A stretch of 63,659 bases of DNA, the filler included, from Octopus bimaculoides (taxonomy: Eukaryota): assembly GCF_001194135.2 (NCBI RefSeq). It is 5 parts of 5 records of this genome, joined end to end, with 100 filler letters (N's around TTAATTAATTAA, not from the genome) between each part and the next. Parts side by side here need not be neighbours in the genome. Positions count along the whole stretch, not along the records: positions 1 to 21,254 come from NC_069008.1; 4 more parts are not named here. One strand, written 5' to 3'. The notes beneath the pieces were generated by a model, which was given only the letters and a program-made list of their open reading frames with translations, searched no databases and was not told where the DNA came from. A program made the position numbers and the translations under genes. Numbering within the stretch: position 1 is the first letter of the stretch; each line of letters opens with the position of its first letter. This document shows, one piece after another, positions 1 to 12,975 of this stretch.

Positions 1-13
1 TATATATATATAC

Positions 14-228
14 TCTCTTTACTCTTTTACTTGTTTCAGTCTTTTGACTGCGGCCATGCTGGAGCACCGCCTTTAGTCGAGCAAATCGACTCCAGGACTT
101 ATTCTTTAGAAGCCTAGTACTTATTCTATCGGTCTCTTTTGCCGAACCGCTAAGTTACGGGGGACGTAAACACACCAGCATCAGTTGTCAAGCGATGTTG
201 GGGGGGGGGGACAAACACAGACACACAA

Positions 229-265
<37 letters not shown>

Positions 266-352
266 CATATATACGACGAGCTTCTTTCAGTTTCCGTCCA
301 CCAAATCCACTCACAAGGCTTTGGTCGGCCCGAGGCTTATAGTAGAAGACAG
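14..352 (-). mobile_element. tRNA-derived SINE family A (internal CA/TA microsatellite), reverse orientation
   Basis: Shares the tail TTGTTTCAGTCATTTGACTGCGGCCATGCTGGAGCACC and body GCCTCGGGCCGACCAAAGCCTTGTGAGTGGATTTGG with about 10 other copies in the window. Confidence 0.85.
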
Positions 353-384
353 TTTAAGGAATAATTAATGTTACTTTCAAATTT

Positions 385-482
385 TAGCACAAAGCCAGCA
401 ATAACATTCGACACCAGTGTTTATTTGCTACTTTTTTTTTATCAGTTCTGAAAGGATGAAAGGCAAAGTCGACTCTGCCAGC
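385..482 (-). mobile_element. SINE family C fragment
   Basis: AAAGGATGAAAGGCAAAGTCGAC motif shared with copies at 35.3k, 42.1k and 59.0k. Confidence 0.6.
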
Positions 483-504
483 CTTGCAACATAATGGCAC
501 AAGA

Positions 505-750
505 TGATGCTGGTGATGGTGATGATGATGGTGATGATGATGATACTGATGGTGATGAGAAGATGATGATGATGATGCCGATGTTAATGAGATGATGTTG
601 ATGGTAATATATATGATGATGGTGATGATGATGCTTATGATGATGAGGATGATTGCGATGATGATGATGATGATGGCAGTGAAGATGAGAACAATGATGA
701 CGATGATGACGATGACGATGACGATGGTGAGGATGAAGAAGTCTCCAGAC
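505..750. repeat. Imperfect (GAT/GAC/GGT)n trinucleotide tract
   Basis: Read directly from the sequence; accounts for the Met/Ile/His-rich ORFs 384-815 and 592-828. Confidence 0.9.
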
Positions 751-1254
751 ATATATTCAATATTTATGATCTTCCTGCATTTCTCCGATGTCAAAGCCAT
801 TATCTTCTTTTGCAAAAACGAATCTTGAAAAACTTCCAGTGGGTTCCCAGGTGCCCTCTCAGGGGGCCAAAGGTCAGATATTTCAGAAACCAGACTCCAC
901 TCCGCACTCCCATGACAAGGTTTCGCATTTATTTATGCCAAAACTTCTGTGTCTCTGTTCTGTGAGAGTCAAGGAAAGTCCAAAACAGCCAGAAGAGAGA
1001 TCAATAGCCTTAGATTTACCAATGTCTTTGGAAGAAAATAATTCTTTAATTCACTTCTTTCGTTGGTCTGTGGCCATGCTGGGGCACTGACTTGAAGTAT
1101 TTAGTACTTTATATATTGTTTTTTTTTTAAAGTCTGGTATTTATACTATCAGGTATTTATACTATCAGAACATAAACAAACCAGCACTGGTTGTTAAGCT
1201 GTGAGGCAATCAACCACGTTATTTAACCAAAAATAAAGAATGATGATAATAAAG

Positions 1255-1500
1255 ACTGGAGTTGATTTGTTTTGACTAAAACCATTCAAGGTGGTGCCCC
1301 AGCCTGGCCGCAATCCAATGACTGAAGCAAACAAAAGATAAAACATATTGTTTTATTTTTTTTTACTTGATTCAGTCATGTGACTGTGCTCATGCTGGAG
1401 CACCACCTTTAAGGGCTTTGTTTTAGTCAATGAAATCGACCCCATGACCTATTTTTTGTAAACCTATTACTTATTCTGTTGGCCCCTTTTGCCCAAACAC
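1255..1500. mobile_element. Two degenerate SINE family A tails, tail-to-tail
   Basis: Plus tail GGTGGTGCCCCAGCCTGGCCGCAATCCAATGACTGAAGC followed by minus tail TTCAGTCATGTGACTGTGCTCATGCTGGAGCACCACC. Confidence 0.6.
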
Positions 1501-1635
1501 TCATGCCGAAGGCATGAGATGAGGTAGTGAAGTATGGTCTTCGAATGTGGGGCCTCACAGAAGCAATGGCAAGTGACCGGGGTCTTTGGTAATATGCCAT
1601 GCTTCAGAAGACCCATCAAGCAAAGTGAAATCCCA

Positions 1636-1713
<78 letters not shown>

Positions 1714-2476
1714 AATCTCATAAAGAGGCACAGACAATGGACATTAAATGAGGATGATGATGAAATTCACAGTTGTAATTAGCACAACTGAAACCGGTCG
1801 ACTATATAAGCATTTATTCTCATGAAAATCTATATATATTCAGTGCATTTTCCTTCTTTTTATATTTTTCACTAGAGTTCACCATATGGAGGAAAAAAAA
1901 TTTTCATTGAAGCTTTTCATAATTACACACACACGTGTGTGTAATTATATATATAAGTGTGTGTGTGTGTGTGTGTGTGTGTATGTACATATGAAGTTGT
2001 TGTTTGTAAATTAGAAACAGCCAATAACCTTGATGCTGCTAAAAGAACTCAGTGACTTGACACAAGACACAGACTCTAAATGTTTTATAAAACAGAAATA
2101 CAGACTGACTGGGACTTCGAAGTTAGGTTGAGACTGGCTCGTCAAACAAGTGGAGAAATAAACAGAGAGCAGAAAGACTATAAGAGAAGAAGATGGAGGT
2201 GGGAGGCTTAGAGGAAGAAAAATAATTTTTAAAGACGGGAGACGGGACAGAAAGGTGTTGCAAGGGTGGGGGAAGGGGTGGAAATTAAGGGAAAAAAAAG
2301 AAATGAGCTTTCATAATTATCTTACTTAACGAAAGAGGATGACGACGACAGGCTGTGAGAAGATGTAATAATATATATATCTAGGTGTTTATACAAGTGT
2401 GTATACAATAACATACGAGACATATATAGACAAACATGGAGTGGTGAATATATTTATGTGTGTGCATATATGTATA

Positions 2477-2546
<70 letters not shown>

Positions 2547-2689
2547 AATATATATATTATATATATACATATATATATGAGAACATATGTGTATATATGC
2601 ACATGTATTAACATATATGTTTGTGTGCATACATGATACAACCAATGTGTGAATATATTCATACTATTATTATTATTATTATTATTATT

Positions 2690-2880
2690 CAGTAGTTTTA
2701 TTTTTATAACGTGCTTTCACTTCACTACCGAGCGCAGCTCTGTGCGCCTTGGGCATGTGCTGTGGTTTGCTGTGATGCTCTTATGTTTACTGTATTGAAA
2801 GTGTTTTGCGTAGAATGTGTGCAGTACCCAGTAGGGCAATTTTCTGTATGTTGTATATATTTGTAAGTCCTGGTGTTTTT
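2690..2880 (-). mobile_element. 3' end of R4/Dong-like RLE non-LTR retrotransposon
   Basis: Minus translation KTPGLTNIYNIQKIALLGTAHILRKTLSIQ* (stop 2787-2789) matches the RLE C-terminal helix; the 3' UTR ends in (TAA)n at 2665-2689. Confidence 0.8.
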
Positions 2881-2965
2881 AGCTGGCAGAATTGTTAGCA
2901 TGCTGAGCAAAATGCTTAGCGGCATTTCATCTGTCTTCACGTTCTGAGTTCAAATGGCGCTTAGC
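2881..2965 (+). mobile_element. SINE family C head
   Basis: AGCTGGCAGAATTGTTAGC...GTTCTGAGTTCAAAT, A-box/B-box-like. Confidence 0.7.
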
Positions 2966-2967
2966 TC

Positions 2968-3101
2968 GACTAGGAAGGGCATCCAGCTGTAACGATCCTG
3001 CCTAGATAGTCACAGAAGTGTGGTACAGGCTTCTACCTGGCTGGCTCCTGCCAAACCATCCCACCCATGTCAGCATGGAAGGGGAACATTAAATGCTGAT
3101 A
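2968..3101 (+). mobile_element. Family D repeat (RTE-type 3' tail)
   Basis: AGGAAGGGCATCCAGCTGT...CCCACCCATGTCAGCATGGAA shared with 10.9k, 16.3k and 21.5k. Confidence 0.7.
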
Positions 3102-4519
3102 NNNNNNNNNNNNNNNNNNNNNNNNNNNNNNNNNNNNNNNNNNNNNNNNNNNNNNNNNNNNNNNNNNNNNNNNNNNNNNNNNNNNNNNNNNNNNNNNNNN
3201 NNNNNNNNNNNNNNNNNNNNNNNNNNNNNNNNNNNNNNNNNNNNNNNNNNNNNNNNNNNNNNNNNNNNNNNNNNNNNNNNNNNNNNNNNNNNNNNNNNNN
3301 NNNNNNNNNNNNNNNNNNNNNNNNNNNNNNNNNNNNNNNNNNNNNNNNNNNNNNNNNNNNNNNNNNNNNNNNNNNNNNNNNNNNNNNNNNNNNNNNNNNN
3401 NNNNNNNNNNNNNNNNNNNNNNNNNNNNNNNNNNNNNNNNNNNNNNNNNNNNNNNNNNNNNNNNNNNNNNNNNNNNNNNNNNNNNNNNNNNNNNNNNNNN
3501 NNNNNNNNNNNNNNNNNNNNNNNNNNNNNNNNNNNNNNNNNNNNNNNNNNNNNNNNNNNNNNNNNNNNNNNNNNNNNNNNNNNNNNNNNNNNNNNNNNNN
3601 NNNNNNNNNNNNNNNNNNNNNNNNNNNNNNNNNNNNNNNNNNNNNNNNNNNNNNNNNNNNNNNNNNNNNNNNNNNNNNNNNNNNNNNNNNNNNNNNNNNN
3701 NNNNNNNNNNNNNNNNNNNNNNNNNNNNNNTATATATATATATATATATATACACACACATATATAAGTGTATACACGTCTAAGCGTTTGTGTTCTGATG
3801 ATGTGACGAAGGTTTGGCAATATTGTGTGGGTGAAATGGTGGAAGAAGGAATTGCATTGCTAAGCACATTAACGCTGTTAGTGAAGCGACTCTAACGAGG
3901 CTCGAAACCAGGCCAAAGTTCCGGTTCACTGGTGTCTTACCACTGTAGCAGAACGAGTAGTGAGTACGTCATGTGGAATCTCACATCTTCATATGCCTGT
4001 ACGGGGTGTATGGGTATGGAGAACGTGAATGGCTGGGTACATGTTTGGATGGAGCAGACAGGGAGAGAGAAGTCATTCATAAAAACACATACACATGCTC
4101 ATGGCATACGTAAGCAGAGATAAATACATCATACATAAAAACGTATAATATATATATATGCATATATATATATATATATATATANNNNNNNNNNNNNNNN
4201 NNNNNNNNNNNNNNNNNNNNNNNNNNNNNNNNNNNNNNNNNNNNNNNNNNNNNNNNNNNNNNNNNNNNNNNNNNNNNNNNNNNNNNNNNNNNNNNNNNNN
4301 NNNNNNNNNNNNNNNNNNNNNNNNNNNNNNNNNNNNNNNNNNNNNNNNNNNNNNNNNNNNNNNNNNNNNNNNNNNNNNNNNNNNNNNNNNNNNNNATATA
4401 TAGACAGTAATCTCACACCATAACGCGGTGTTGTTTTGGAACGAAACACCCATGATAATGGAGGGATTACGGTAAATATATATGTATATATACGTTTGTA
4501 TATTCATATGTGTGTGTGT

Positions 4520-4576
<57 letters not shown>

Positions 4577-4799
4577 CATATAGATATATATAGATAGATA
4601 GATAAATAGACAGACAAATAGGTAGATAGATATGGATATATATTCTTTGATTCTTTTATTCTTTGATTCTTATATTCTTTGATTCTTTTATTTGTTTCAG
4701 TCATTTGACTGCAGCCAAGTCAGACTTGCATCCAATTCTCATCATTATACTGTGCAACCTCCTAAGTATCCTAAATCAATTTCTTCTCTTGCACCTCTC

Positions 4800-5260
4800 A
4801 GTCAGTCAGTCATCCAGTGTTTTAAATCCAGGTTTTCTTCCCGTTAACGGGGGTGGCTGGATCTACCTCAATGCCATAGCAAACTGCCCTCACACCATCT
4901 CGCCCAGTTTTGGGCATCCTCCTTTTTCAAACCAGCCCTCCCAATCTCCTCCTCCACCTGTCCCCTCCACCTGTCCCCTCCACCTTTTCCTCAGTTTACC
5001 TTGCTTTCGTGCTCCATTTACCTCAAATGCAATCACCTGCCTCAGAACCTGCTCTTCATCCCTCCTCAACACATGCCCATACCACCTCAATCCATTCGAC
5101 CTTGCCAACCATTCCACCTCTCTCTCAACTTTGGAATCCCCTTCCACAGTCTTCTTTTCCTCTTCAATATGTCCTCCTCCAGTCTTTTAAATCTAATTTA
5201 CATCATCACCTATTCACTTCTGTCCAGCATCCATTTTATCCAAGTAGCTCTTATGTTTTC
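4800..5260 (-). mobile_element. Degenerate RTE-clade LINE, C-terminal coding region
   Basis: Minus ORF contains LRWYGHVLRRDEEQVLRQVIAFEVNGARKQGKLRKRW, matching the RTE-type RLRW-GHV-R...GR-RGRP-K-W motif. Confidence 0.75.
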
Positions 5261-5667
5261 AGTGGTCTAAGGAGCTTGTAACGAGCGAATGCTCTAAGAA
5301 AAAAAGAGAAGTTCTTTTGGTTGCGGGTCTCCCAAAACGTTCATCTCTATCGATAGTTTTCCGTCTCATACACTCCTCTCCATCCATACACTTCCTGCAG
5401 CTTCGCGTTGGCCTCTGAGCAGGAATTGTCAACCTTTCGGCAAAACTTGTTGCAGATTCATGGTTGAAGCAACGATCACATGCTACACACGTTCCTTCCA
5501 AGCATTGCAGTGAACTAGAATGTTAAAACTTAGTGCACATGCACAGCAGAGTTCACGGTCAATCTGTGCCAAGTGGCTTCTATCTGCGTGCTTTAGCTTC
5601 GTTACTATGACAACATTCCAGATACTTATTGATCAGCCCACGTAAAAGAAAAGTATTAACCAATGAA

Positions 5668-5835
5668 TGAGATCTCAACATGGTAGCTAGACCTGGTAGA
5701 AATAGCAGCCAAATCTCCCTCAAATCACACCCCACTGTCTTATCTATGTACGTAAAAGCCAATGAGAGAGACCTCTAGATGGTAGCTAGACCTGCTCGAA
5801 ATAGCAGCCAAATCTCCCTCGAATCACGCTGTACT
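5668..5835 (+). repeat. Two tandem copies of a short interspersed motif (TAGACCTG-GAAATAGCAGCCAAATCTCCCTC-AATCAC)
   Basis: Direct repeat at about 5686 and 5786; related sequences near 28085 (reverse) and 28318. Confidence 0.6.
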
Positions 5836-6993
5836 TTCTGAAATAAAAAAAGAATGTAAGCCAACAAGATCCTGAATGTTTTGATGTACATTAAAATAAC
5901 GTAGATGGTCACGTTTGGAACCGCTTTGATCATATACATCAACTGGATCACATATACACACATACACCCTGCCGCCACCGCCACCACCACCTTGCTACCC
6001 TACACAACTCCATGCAACACCCTGCTGCCTTGTCATCAGGGTACAGTTATCTTTACTGACTGTTGAAGTCTCTGGGTATCGGGTGGCCGGAGGGGGAAGA
6101 TTAGAGGGGAAGGGGTGGAGGTTAGAATTGGTGGNNNNNNNNNNNNNNNNNNNNNNNNNNNNNNNNNNNNNNNNNNNNNNNNNNNNNNNNNNNNNNNNNN
6201 NNNNNNNNNNNNNNNNNNNNNNNNNNNNNNNNNNNNNNNNNNNNNNNNNNNNNNNNNNNNNNNNNNNNNNNNNNNNNNNNNNNNNNNNNNNNNNNNNNNN
6301 NNNNNNNNNNNNNNNNNNNNNNNNNNNNNNNNNNNNNNNNNNNNNNNNNNNNNNNNNNNNNNNNNNNNNNNNNNNNNNNNNNNNNNNNNNNNNNNNNNNN
6401 NNNNNNNNNNNNNNNNNNNNNNNNNNNNNNNNNNNNNNNNNNNNNNNNNNNNNNNNNNNNNNNNNNNNNNNNNNNNNNNNNNNNNNNNNNNNNNNNNNNN
6501 NNNNNNNNNNNNNNNNNNNNNNNNNNNNNNNNNNNNNNNNNNNNNNNNNNNNNNNNNNNNNNNNNNNNNNNNNNNNNNNNNNNNNNNNNNNNNNNNNNNN
6601 NNNNNNNNNNNNNNNNNNNNNNNNNNNNNNNNNNNNNNNNNNNNNNNNNNNNNNNNNNNNNNNNNNNNNNNNNNNNNNNNNNNNNNNNNNNNNNNNNNNN
6701 NNNNNNNNNNNNNNNNNNNNNNNNNNNNNNNNNNNNNNNNNNNNNNNNNNNNNNNNNNNNNNNNNNNNNNNNNNNNNNNNNNNNNNNNNNNNNNNNNNNN
6801 NNNNNNNNNNNNNNNNNNNNNNNNNNNNNNNNNNNNNNNNNNNNNNNNNNNNNNNNNNNNNNNNNNNNNNNNNNNNNNNNNNNNNNNNNNNNNNNNNNNN
6901 NNNNNNNNNNNNNNNNNCAGCCAGCCTGTCCCCCTCGAAAACTCCTACCCCTATCGCCCCCACTTCAACTCTACATCATTCATACCTACGACA

Positions 6994-7042
<49 letters not shown>

Positions 7043-7175
7043 TTATAATACTATACAATTATTGGCCTATTTTATACACACTCTTTCAAACTCCAGCTAT
7101 TTTCTCTGAATTTATACACAACACCCTCTATTTTATATACACACATAAACACACTCCAAGGCATACACAAAAACA

Positions 7176-7207
<32 letters not shown>

Positions 7208-7282
7208 TGTATACATGTATACATTCGCTTGTTCTTTTCTTCTTTTGCNNNNNNNNNNGTATACATTCGCTTGTTCTTTTCT

Positions 7283-7500
7283 TCTTTTGCTTGTTTCAGT
7301 CATTTGACTGCGGCCATGCTGGAGCACTGCCTTTAGTTGAAAACATCGACTGCAGGACTTATATTCTTTGTAAGTCGAGTACACATTCTATTGGTCTTTT
7401 CTTGCCGAATCACTAAGCTACAGGGACATAAACACACCAACATCGGTTGTCAAGCAATGGTGGGGGGGACAAACACAGATGCAGAAACACATACATACAC
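7283..7500 (-). mobile_element. SINE family A, 3' part
   Basis: Sequence similarity to 14-352. Confidence 0.8.
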
Positions 7501-7519
7501 ACACAGACACACACACAAG

Positions 7520-7790
7520 TCTGGGCAAGGTTGTTTATGGAAGATCAGCAGTCACCCATGCATACCGGCCTCCCCTCTCTGCGCCACCAGTGTTATAGCC
7601 AAGGGAAAGCAAAGGGGCCCACGATACAGCTTGGCACCTGTGACGTCACAACTCATTTCTACAGCTGAGTGAACTGGAGCAACGTGAAATAAAGTGTCTT
7701 GCTCAAGAACACAACACGAAGCCCGGTCTGGGATTCGAACTCACAACCTCACGATCATAAGCTCAATGCTTTAACCACTGAGCCATGCAC
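7520..7790 (-). mobile_element. tRNA-derived SINE with conserved central domain (CORE/Meta/V-like)
   Basis: Minus strand GTGCATGGCTCAGTGGTTAAAGC (A box), GAGTTCGAATCCC (B box), then GTGTTGTGTTCTTGAGCAAGACACTT...GCTCCAGTTCACTCAGCTG. Confidence 0.75.
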
Positions 7791-8589
7791 CTTCACACAC
7801 ACACACACACACACACATACATACACACATATATATCCATATATCTATATATATATACACACACACACACACACATATATATAGTTAAACACTCACATAC
7901 ATACACACACATATACAAATGCATAAAAACAAACATTCATATTATATATATAAATGCATACGCAGAGACTTCAAACATGTCCATGGCCATACAATGATAG
8001 AACTTGTAGAGAACCTCCCCACCTCACTTTATCAGTACCCTCCACTCCCCCATCCCATTAGTTCCCTCCTGGAGAGAGAGAGAGAGAGAGAAAGAGAGGT
8101 GGGGAGTTGATCTCTGAGTGGCAAATACAATACAGTCTCTTATTTATCACCTTCAGTTTCTCCTTCCATTTTAGCTAAAAACTTCTGACCTCTGAGACAT
8201 CTATCAAGTTTTTTTGTTTTTCAAAGTTTGTGGGTCACTTAACACTAAGTGACTCTGTGTCAGAGCCACTTTGCACATGAATGGAGGGTTGGGGTGGGGA
8301 ATAGCATCATTGTATTTCAAAATTAAATACACACCATTAAAGACAAAAAAAAAAAACTCTCTTATCTTCAGAGTTTTTAAGCTTCCAAAATTTCGCTCAA
8401 CTGATCTTAGCACGCTTATCTCCCTTGCCTGTATTATTGTAGGTGTTGTTTTTTTCAAACTTTAACACTATTAGTTTGAGTTTTTGTTTACTAATTGCTA
8501 ATTGCTTGTCAGCTGACCAAATACTTCTCAACTTGACTAAAGGTGGCGCTGCAGCATAGCCACAGTCAAATGACTGAAACAAACAAAGG

Positions 8590-8712
8590 CTCCAATCTGA
8601 TCTGGCAGTGTTTCTACAGCTGGATGCCGTTCCTAATGCGAACCACACCGAGGGTGTAGTGGGTGCTTTTTACATGCCACCGGCACGGGCCAGAGGAGCT
8701 GGCATCAACCAC
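8590..8712 (-). mobile_element. Family D repeat (RTE-type 3' tail)
   Basis: CTCCAATCTGATCTGGCAGTGTTTCTACAGCTGGATGCC, reverse of 10.97-11.03k. Confidence 0.7.
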
Positions 8713-8719
8713 GATCGGA

Positions 8720-8839
8720 TGAAACTCGCTCGTACTGCCAATTTCTGCTTGTACTTCAAGACAAAAATTCGCACGAACCTCGGCTCGTACAGTAAATTAC
8801 TCGTACAATGGTGCACTCGTACTGCGAGGTTCTACTGTA
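8720..8839. mobile_element. pogo/Tigger-like DNA transposon end fragment
   Basis: Ends in CGAGGTTCTACTG|TA (reverse complement TA|CAGTAGAACCTCG), a pogo-type TIR with TA site; the other TIR was not found. Confidence 0.5.
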
Positions 8840-8866
8840 TATATATATATATATATATACATATAT

Positions 8867-9045
8867 GGGAGAATTCACGAAAAGACAACAGACGAAGGCA
8901 GGTGGTGTAAACTACAAATGGATGTATTAGTATAACGCTCGGGAATAAAGAAAGTCTTTAACGTTTCGAGCCTACGCTCTTCAACAGAAAGGAACACAGA
9001 AAGAAACAAGGAGAGAAAAAAAATAGATGTGTAGTGGTCGAGACA
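8867..9045 (-). mobile_element. Short interspersed repeat carrying a hammerhead-like motif (probable PLE terminal remnant), copy 1
   Basis: Homologous to 15586-15780 and partly to 34461-34510; begins right after (TA)n. Confidence 0.6.
8955..8991 (-). ncRNA. Minimal type I hammerhead ribozyme-like motif (A6U variant)
   Basis: CTTT-CTGTTGA-A-GAGC(GTAG)GCTC-GAAAC-GT-T-AAAG: 4-bp stem I, 4-bp stem II, GAAA core, palindromic ACGT stem III. Confidence 0.5.
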
Positions 9046-9268
9046 CACAAACATGGAAGAAATGAAGAAACAAATGTTTGAGGAGAAAGCAGTGTCTTAT
9101 AAAGTGTGTATATAATGAAATGTTTTATGTGTGTGTGTGTGTGTATACATACATTCACACTCAAGCATTTACAATCTCTCTCTCTCACACACACACACAT
9201 ACATATATATATAATGTATGTATGAAAGTATATATAGAGAATATTTACACATACATATATACATACAT

Positions 9269-9301
<33 letters not shown>

Positions 9302-9321
9302 AACCTATCTATGTATCTGTG

Positions 9322-9358
<37 letters not shown>

Positions 9359-9566
9359 GTATGTATATGTATGTAGATGGTGTGTATATAGCCATGGTTA
9401 TATACATTCATTGAAAGGCTCTTATCCCCTTGAGTGTTCCTATTTTTCTTTCATCTGTGACGCTATCTTTGGGTGTATATACATGTGTGTGCGTAGATTT
9501 GTGTTCGTACACACTTATACATACCTACGAATATATATGTGTATGTACAGAAATTTTATACATTCA

Positions 9567-9606
<40 letters not shown>

Positions 9607-9936
9607 GTGTGTATGTGTGTGTGGTATGCATATGTGTGTGTTTGTGTGAATTTATATACACACACACATATACATGTGGTTGTAGATATATACAATATAC
9701 ATATACACACGTCCTTGACTCTTTTTTTCTCCACCCTGATCCCTCTTGTCTTCATCTAAGGTATACACACACACATACACACGCATACACACACACACAC
9801 ACTCATATATATAAACGCACACAGAGACATACCAATCCACTTAGGCATACCAAAGCATTGGGCTATTGAACGATAAACACCCTTGGATAATATAAAGACA
9901 AGCATTATTTGAATGTGTGCAGAAGATTCCTTTCAC

Positions 9937-10008
<72 letters not shown>

Positions 10009-10759
10009 ACACATGAATGCCTCCATCCACCTACACACACAATTAGATCTAGGTCGTCCATAAGTACATCTCGATTAGGCAGTGCTTTGTAGAGAGAGAC
10101 CCCCTTTTGATAAATATAAGGGGTCGTGGCCCCTATAGGGAGTAGCAGGGAGCCAGGCTCATCTCGACCCTACCTTCCTGTTGAAAATCTCATTAACTTT
10201 TCCCCCTAGTAAGCAACATGTGTGTGTGTGTGTGTGTGCGTGTGTGTGTGTGTGTGTGTGTTTGTGTACATGTGTATATAAATATGTGCCTATGTATATC
10301 TCTTTTTTACAAATATGTTTGTGTATACACATGTATATATATACATGTATATATGTGTGTGTGTATATACTAATGCATATTTATATATTGTGTACGTGTG
10401 TACATCTATCTATCCATCAGTCTATCTAATAAGCATGAATGTAAGAATGTATGTATGTATATATGCTTGTTTATATATATACATAAGTGCATGTATGATT
10501 ATATATATGAGAGCTGTGTGTATAGAGAGGTACGTATGGCTGCTGTGTGTATGGGATAGGAGAAGGCCGACCCATGTAAAGAGAATGAAGTGGGGTATTC
10601 TATTGTGACATCCTCTCAGCTTCACTGAGAAATATTGGAGCCAAGACTTACTCTCTGCTTGCTGTCTGTCTGTTTGTCTATGTATATCTGTGTACATGTA
10701 TGTATGTATGTACGTATGAAAGTAAACATATATGTAATCATTTATCTATATGTACATAT

Positions 10760-10950
10760 ATCATCATCATGGCATGGGTTGGACGATTTGACTGGGGTCT
10801 GGTGGACCAGGAGGCGACACCAGGCTCCAATCTGATTTGGCAATGTTTCTACAGCTGGATGCCCTTCCTAACACCAACCACTGCAAGAGTGTAGCAGGCG
10901 CTTTTTATGTGACACTGGCACAGGGGCCAGAGGAGCTGGCATCGACCACG
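10760..10950 (-). mobile_element. Family D repeat (RTE-type 3' tail), minus copy
   Basis: Reverse complement of the adjacent plus copy; (CAT)n tail at 10760-10770. Confidence 0.8.
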
Positions 10951-10954
10951 ATCG

Positions 10955-11101
10955 ACCACTCTCGGAGTGGTTGGCGTTAGGAAGGGCATCCAGCTGTAGA
11001 AACTCTGCCAAATCAGATTGGAGCCTGGTGTAGCCATCTGGTTTCACCAGTCCTCAGTCAAATCGTCCAACCCATGCTAGCATGGAAAGCGGACGTTAAA
11101 C

Positions 11102-11135
<34 letters not shown>
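10955..11135 (+). mobile_element. Family D repeat (RTE-type 3' tail) ending in (GAT)n
   Basis: GGCGTTAGGAAGGGCATCCAGCTGTAGAAAC...CATGGAAAGCGGACGTTAAACGATGATGATG. Confidence 0.8.
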
Positions 11136-11802
11136 TTAATTTAATACATAGACAACATTCAGACTTGGAAGTAGGTATATAGAGAGAGACAGAAAGTAAA
11201 AGCTGACTGGAAATATGTGTATGTATACATTGTTGATGCCTTTGTGGCTGTCAATGAACTCATTGCGGTGCTTCCGAGAGAGAGAGAGGGGGGGGGCGGA
11301 GGAGGTGGCTGAGGTGACGTCGTGTCAATGGAGTTATTGGCCAGGCTGAGTCGACAAAAGAATGGAACCTTTTCTTTAGAAGCATTCTTTTGAAACGGGG
11401 GAGATTTTCTAAGGAAGAGGTCAACATCACCGCCACAACCACCACCAACACCACCACCATGTATATGTCTATATACATATATCTATATATGTATACACAC
11501 ATATCTACACACACACACACACACATATGTATATATATACATATATGTATCTATATACATGCACACACCCTCATAGACTAGCCTTCTACAGTTTGTCTTA
11601 ATTACTTCAGCGTGTGAAATCAACCAGCGATCCCTTTGTCTAAACTTCATTTGGAGGCAGCAGTGGTGGTGGTCACCATTGATTTATTGGTGGTGTGATC
11701 GATCGCTCACCAATATTGATCTCTCTACTTTTGTCTGTACACACACATGCACTCACACACATATATATACATACATACACATACGTAAGCAATTGTGTTT
11801 GA

Positions 11803-11855
<53 letters not shown>

Positions 11856-12025
11856 TATATATAGATATTTATTGTGTATGTGTGTACTTACGTACTATAG
11901 TATATGTGTGTGTATACACATACATGTATGTATTTATTTGTATATGTATGTGTGAATACTATGTAAATACATATATACATATATACACATAGAAATACAT
12001 ACACATTAACATACATATATATATT

Positions 12026-12058
<33 letters not shown>

Positions 12059-12309
12059 ATATATATACACACACATATCTATGTAAATGCATCACNNNNN
12101 NNNNNTATTTTCTCACTGGTTTTGGACGTTTGATCGTGGCCATGCTGGGGCACCACTTAAAAAGACTTCACTCAATCACAGTGACTCCAGTCCTTATATC
12201 TGTCCAGTATTAACTTTATTGATCTGTAATCTATAATCTGTAATTGATCGCTAATTCTACTGTTTTTAAGTATCAGACCAAGACTGACTGCATCGATCGT
12301 GAACTGGTA

Positions 12310-12418
<109 letters not shown>

Positions 12419-12649
12419 GTATATACACATACATACAAATGTGTGTATGTATACATATATACTTGGTCGTGTGTGCATATATACATATATATATACAGCT
12501 AAAATATATGTGACTATATGTCTCTGTACATATATGTGTGTAAATATATATGAGCATGTATACATATATATATATATACCGTATGTGTATATGTTTATCT
12601 GCATATACACATATCTGTGTATGTCTATTTAGTTGTGTAAATATGAGCA

Positions 12650-12799
12650 TTGCTTGCTTCCCAACCACATGGTTCCAGGTTCAGTCCCACTGTATGGCGC
12701 CTTGGGCAAGTGTCTTCTAGTATAGCCTCGGGCCAACCAAAGCCTTGTGAGTGGATTTGGTAGACGGAAACTGAAAGAAGCCCGTCGTATACGTGTGTG

Positions 12800-12842
<43 letters not shown>

Positions 12843-12975
12843 TAGTGTGTCTGTGTTTGTCCCCCCCCCAATATCATTTGGCAACCAATGTTGGTGTGTT
12901 TACGTCCTCATAACTTAGCGGTTGGCAAAAGAGGAATATAGAATAATTGCTAGGTTTACAAAGAATAAGTTCTGT
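12650..12975 (+). mobile_element. SINE family A, plus copy with internal (TA)/(TG) tract
   Basis: Head GCTTGCTTCCCAACCACATGGTTCCAGGTTCAGTCCCACTG (B-box-like), body and partial tail. Confidence 0.85.

Noticed and set aside
3790-3915. CTGATGA and CTAACGAGGGCTCGAAAC as hammerheads
   Set aside because: No workable stem II or stem I pairing
7209-7290. About 32-bp direct repeat either side of a 10-N gap
   Set aside because: Typical overlapping-contig artefact
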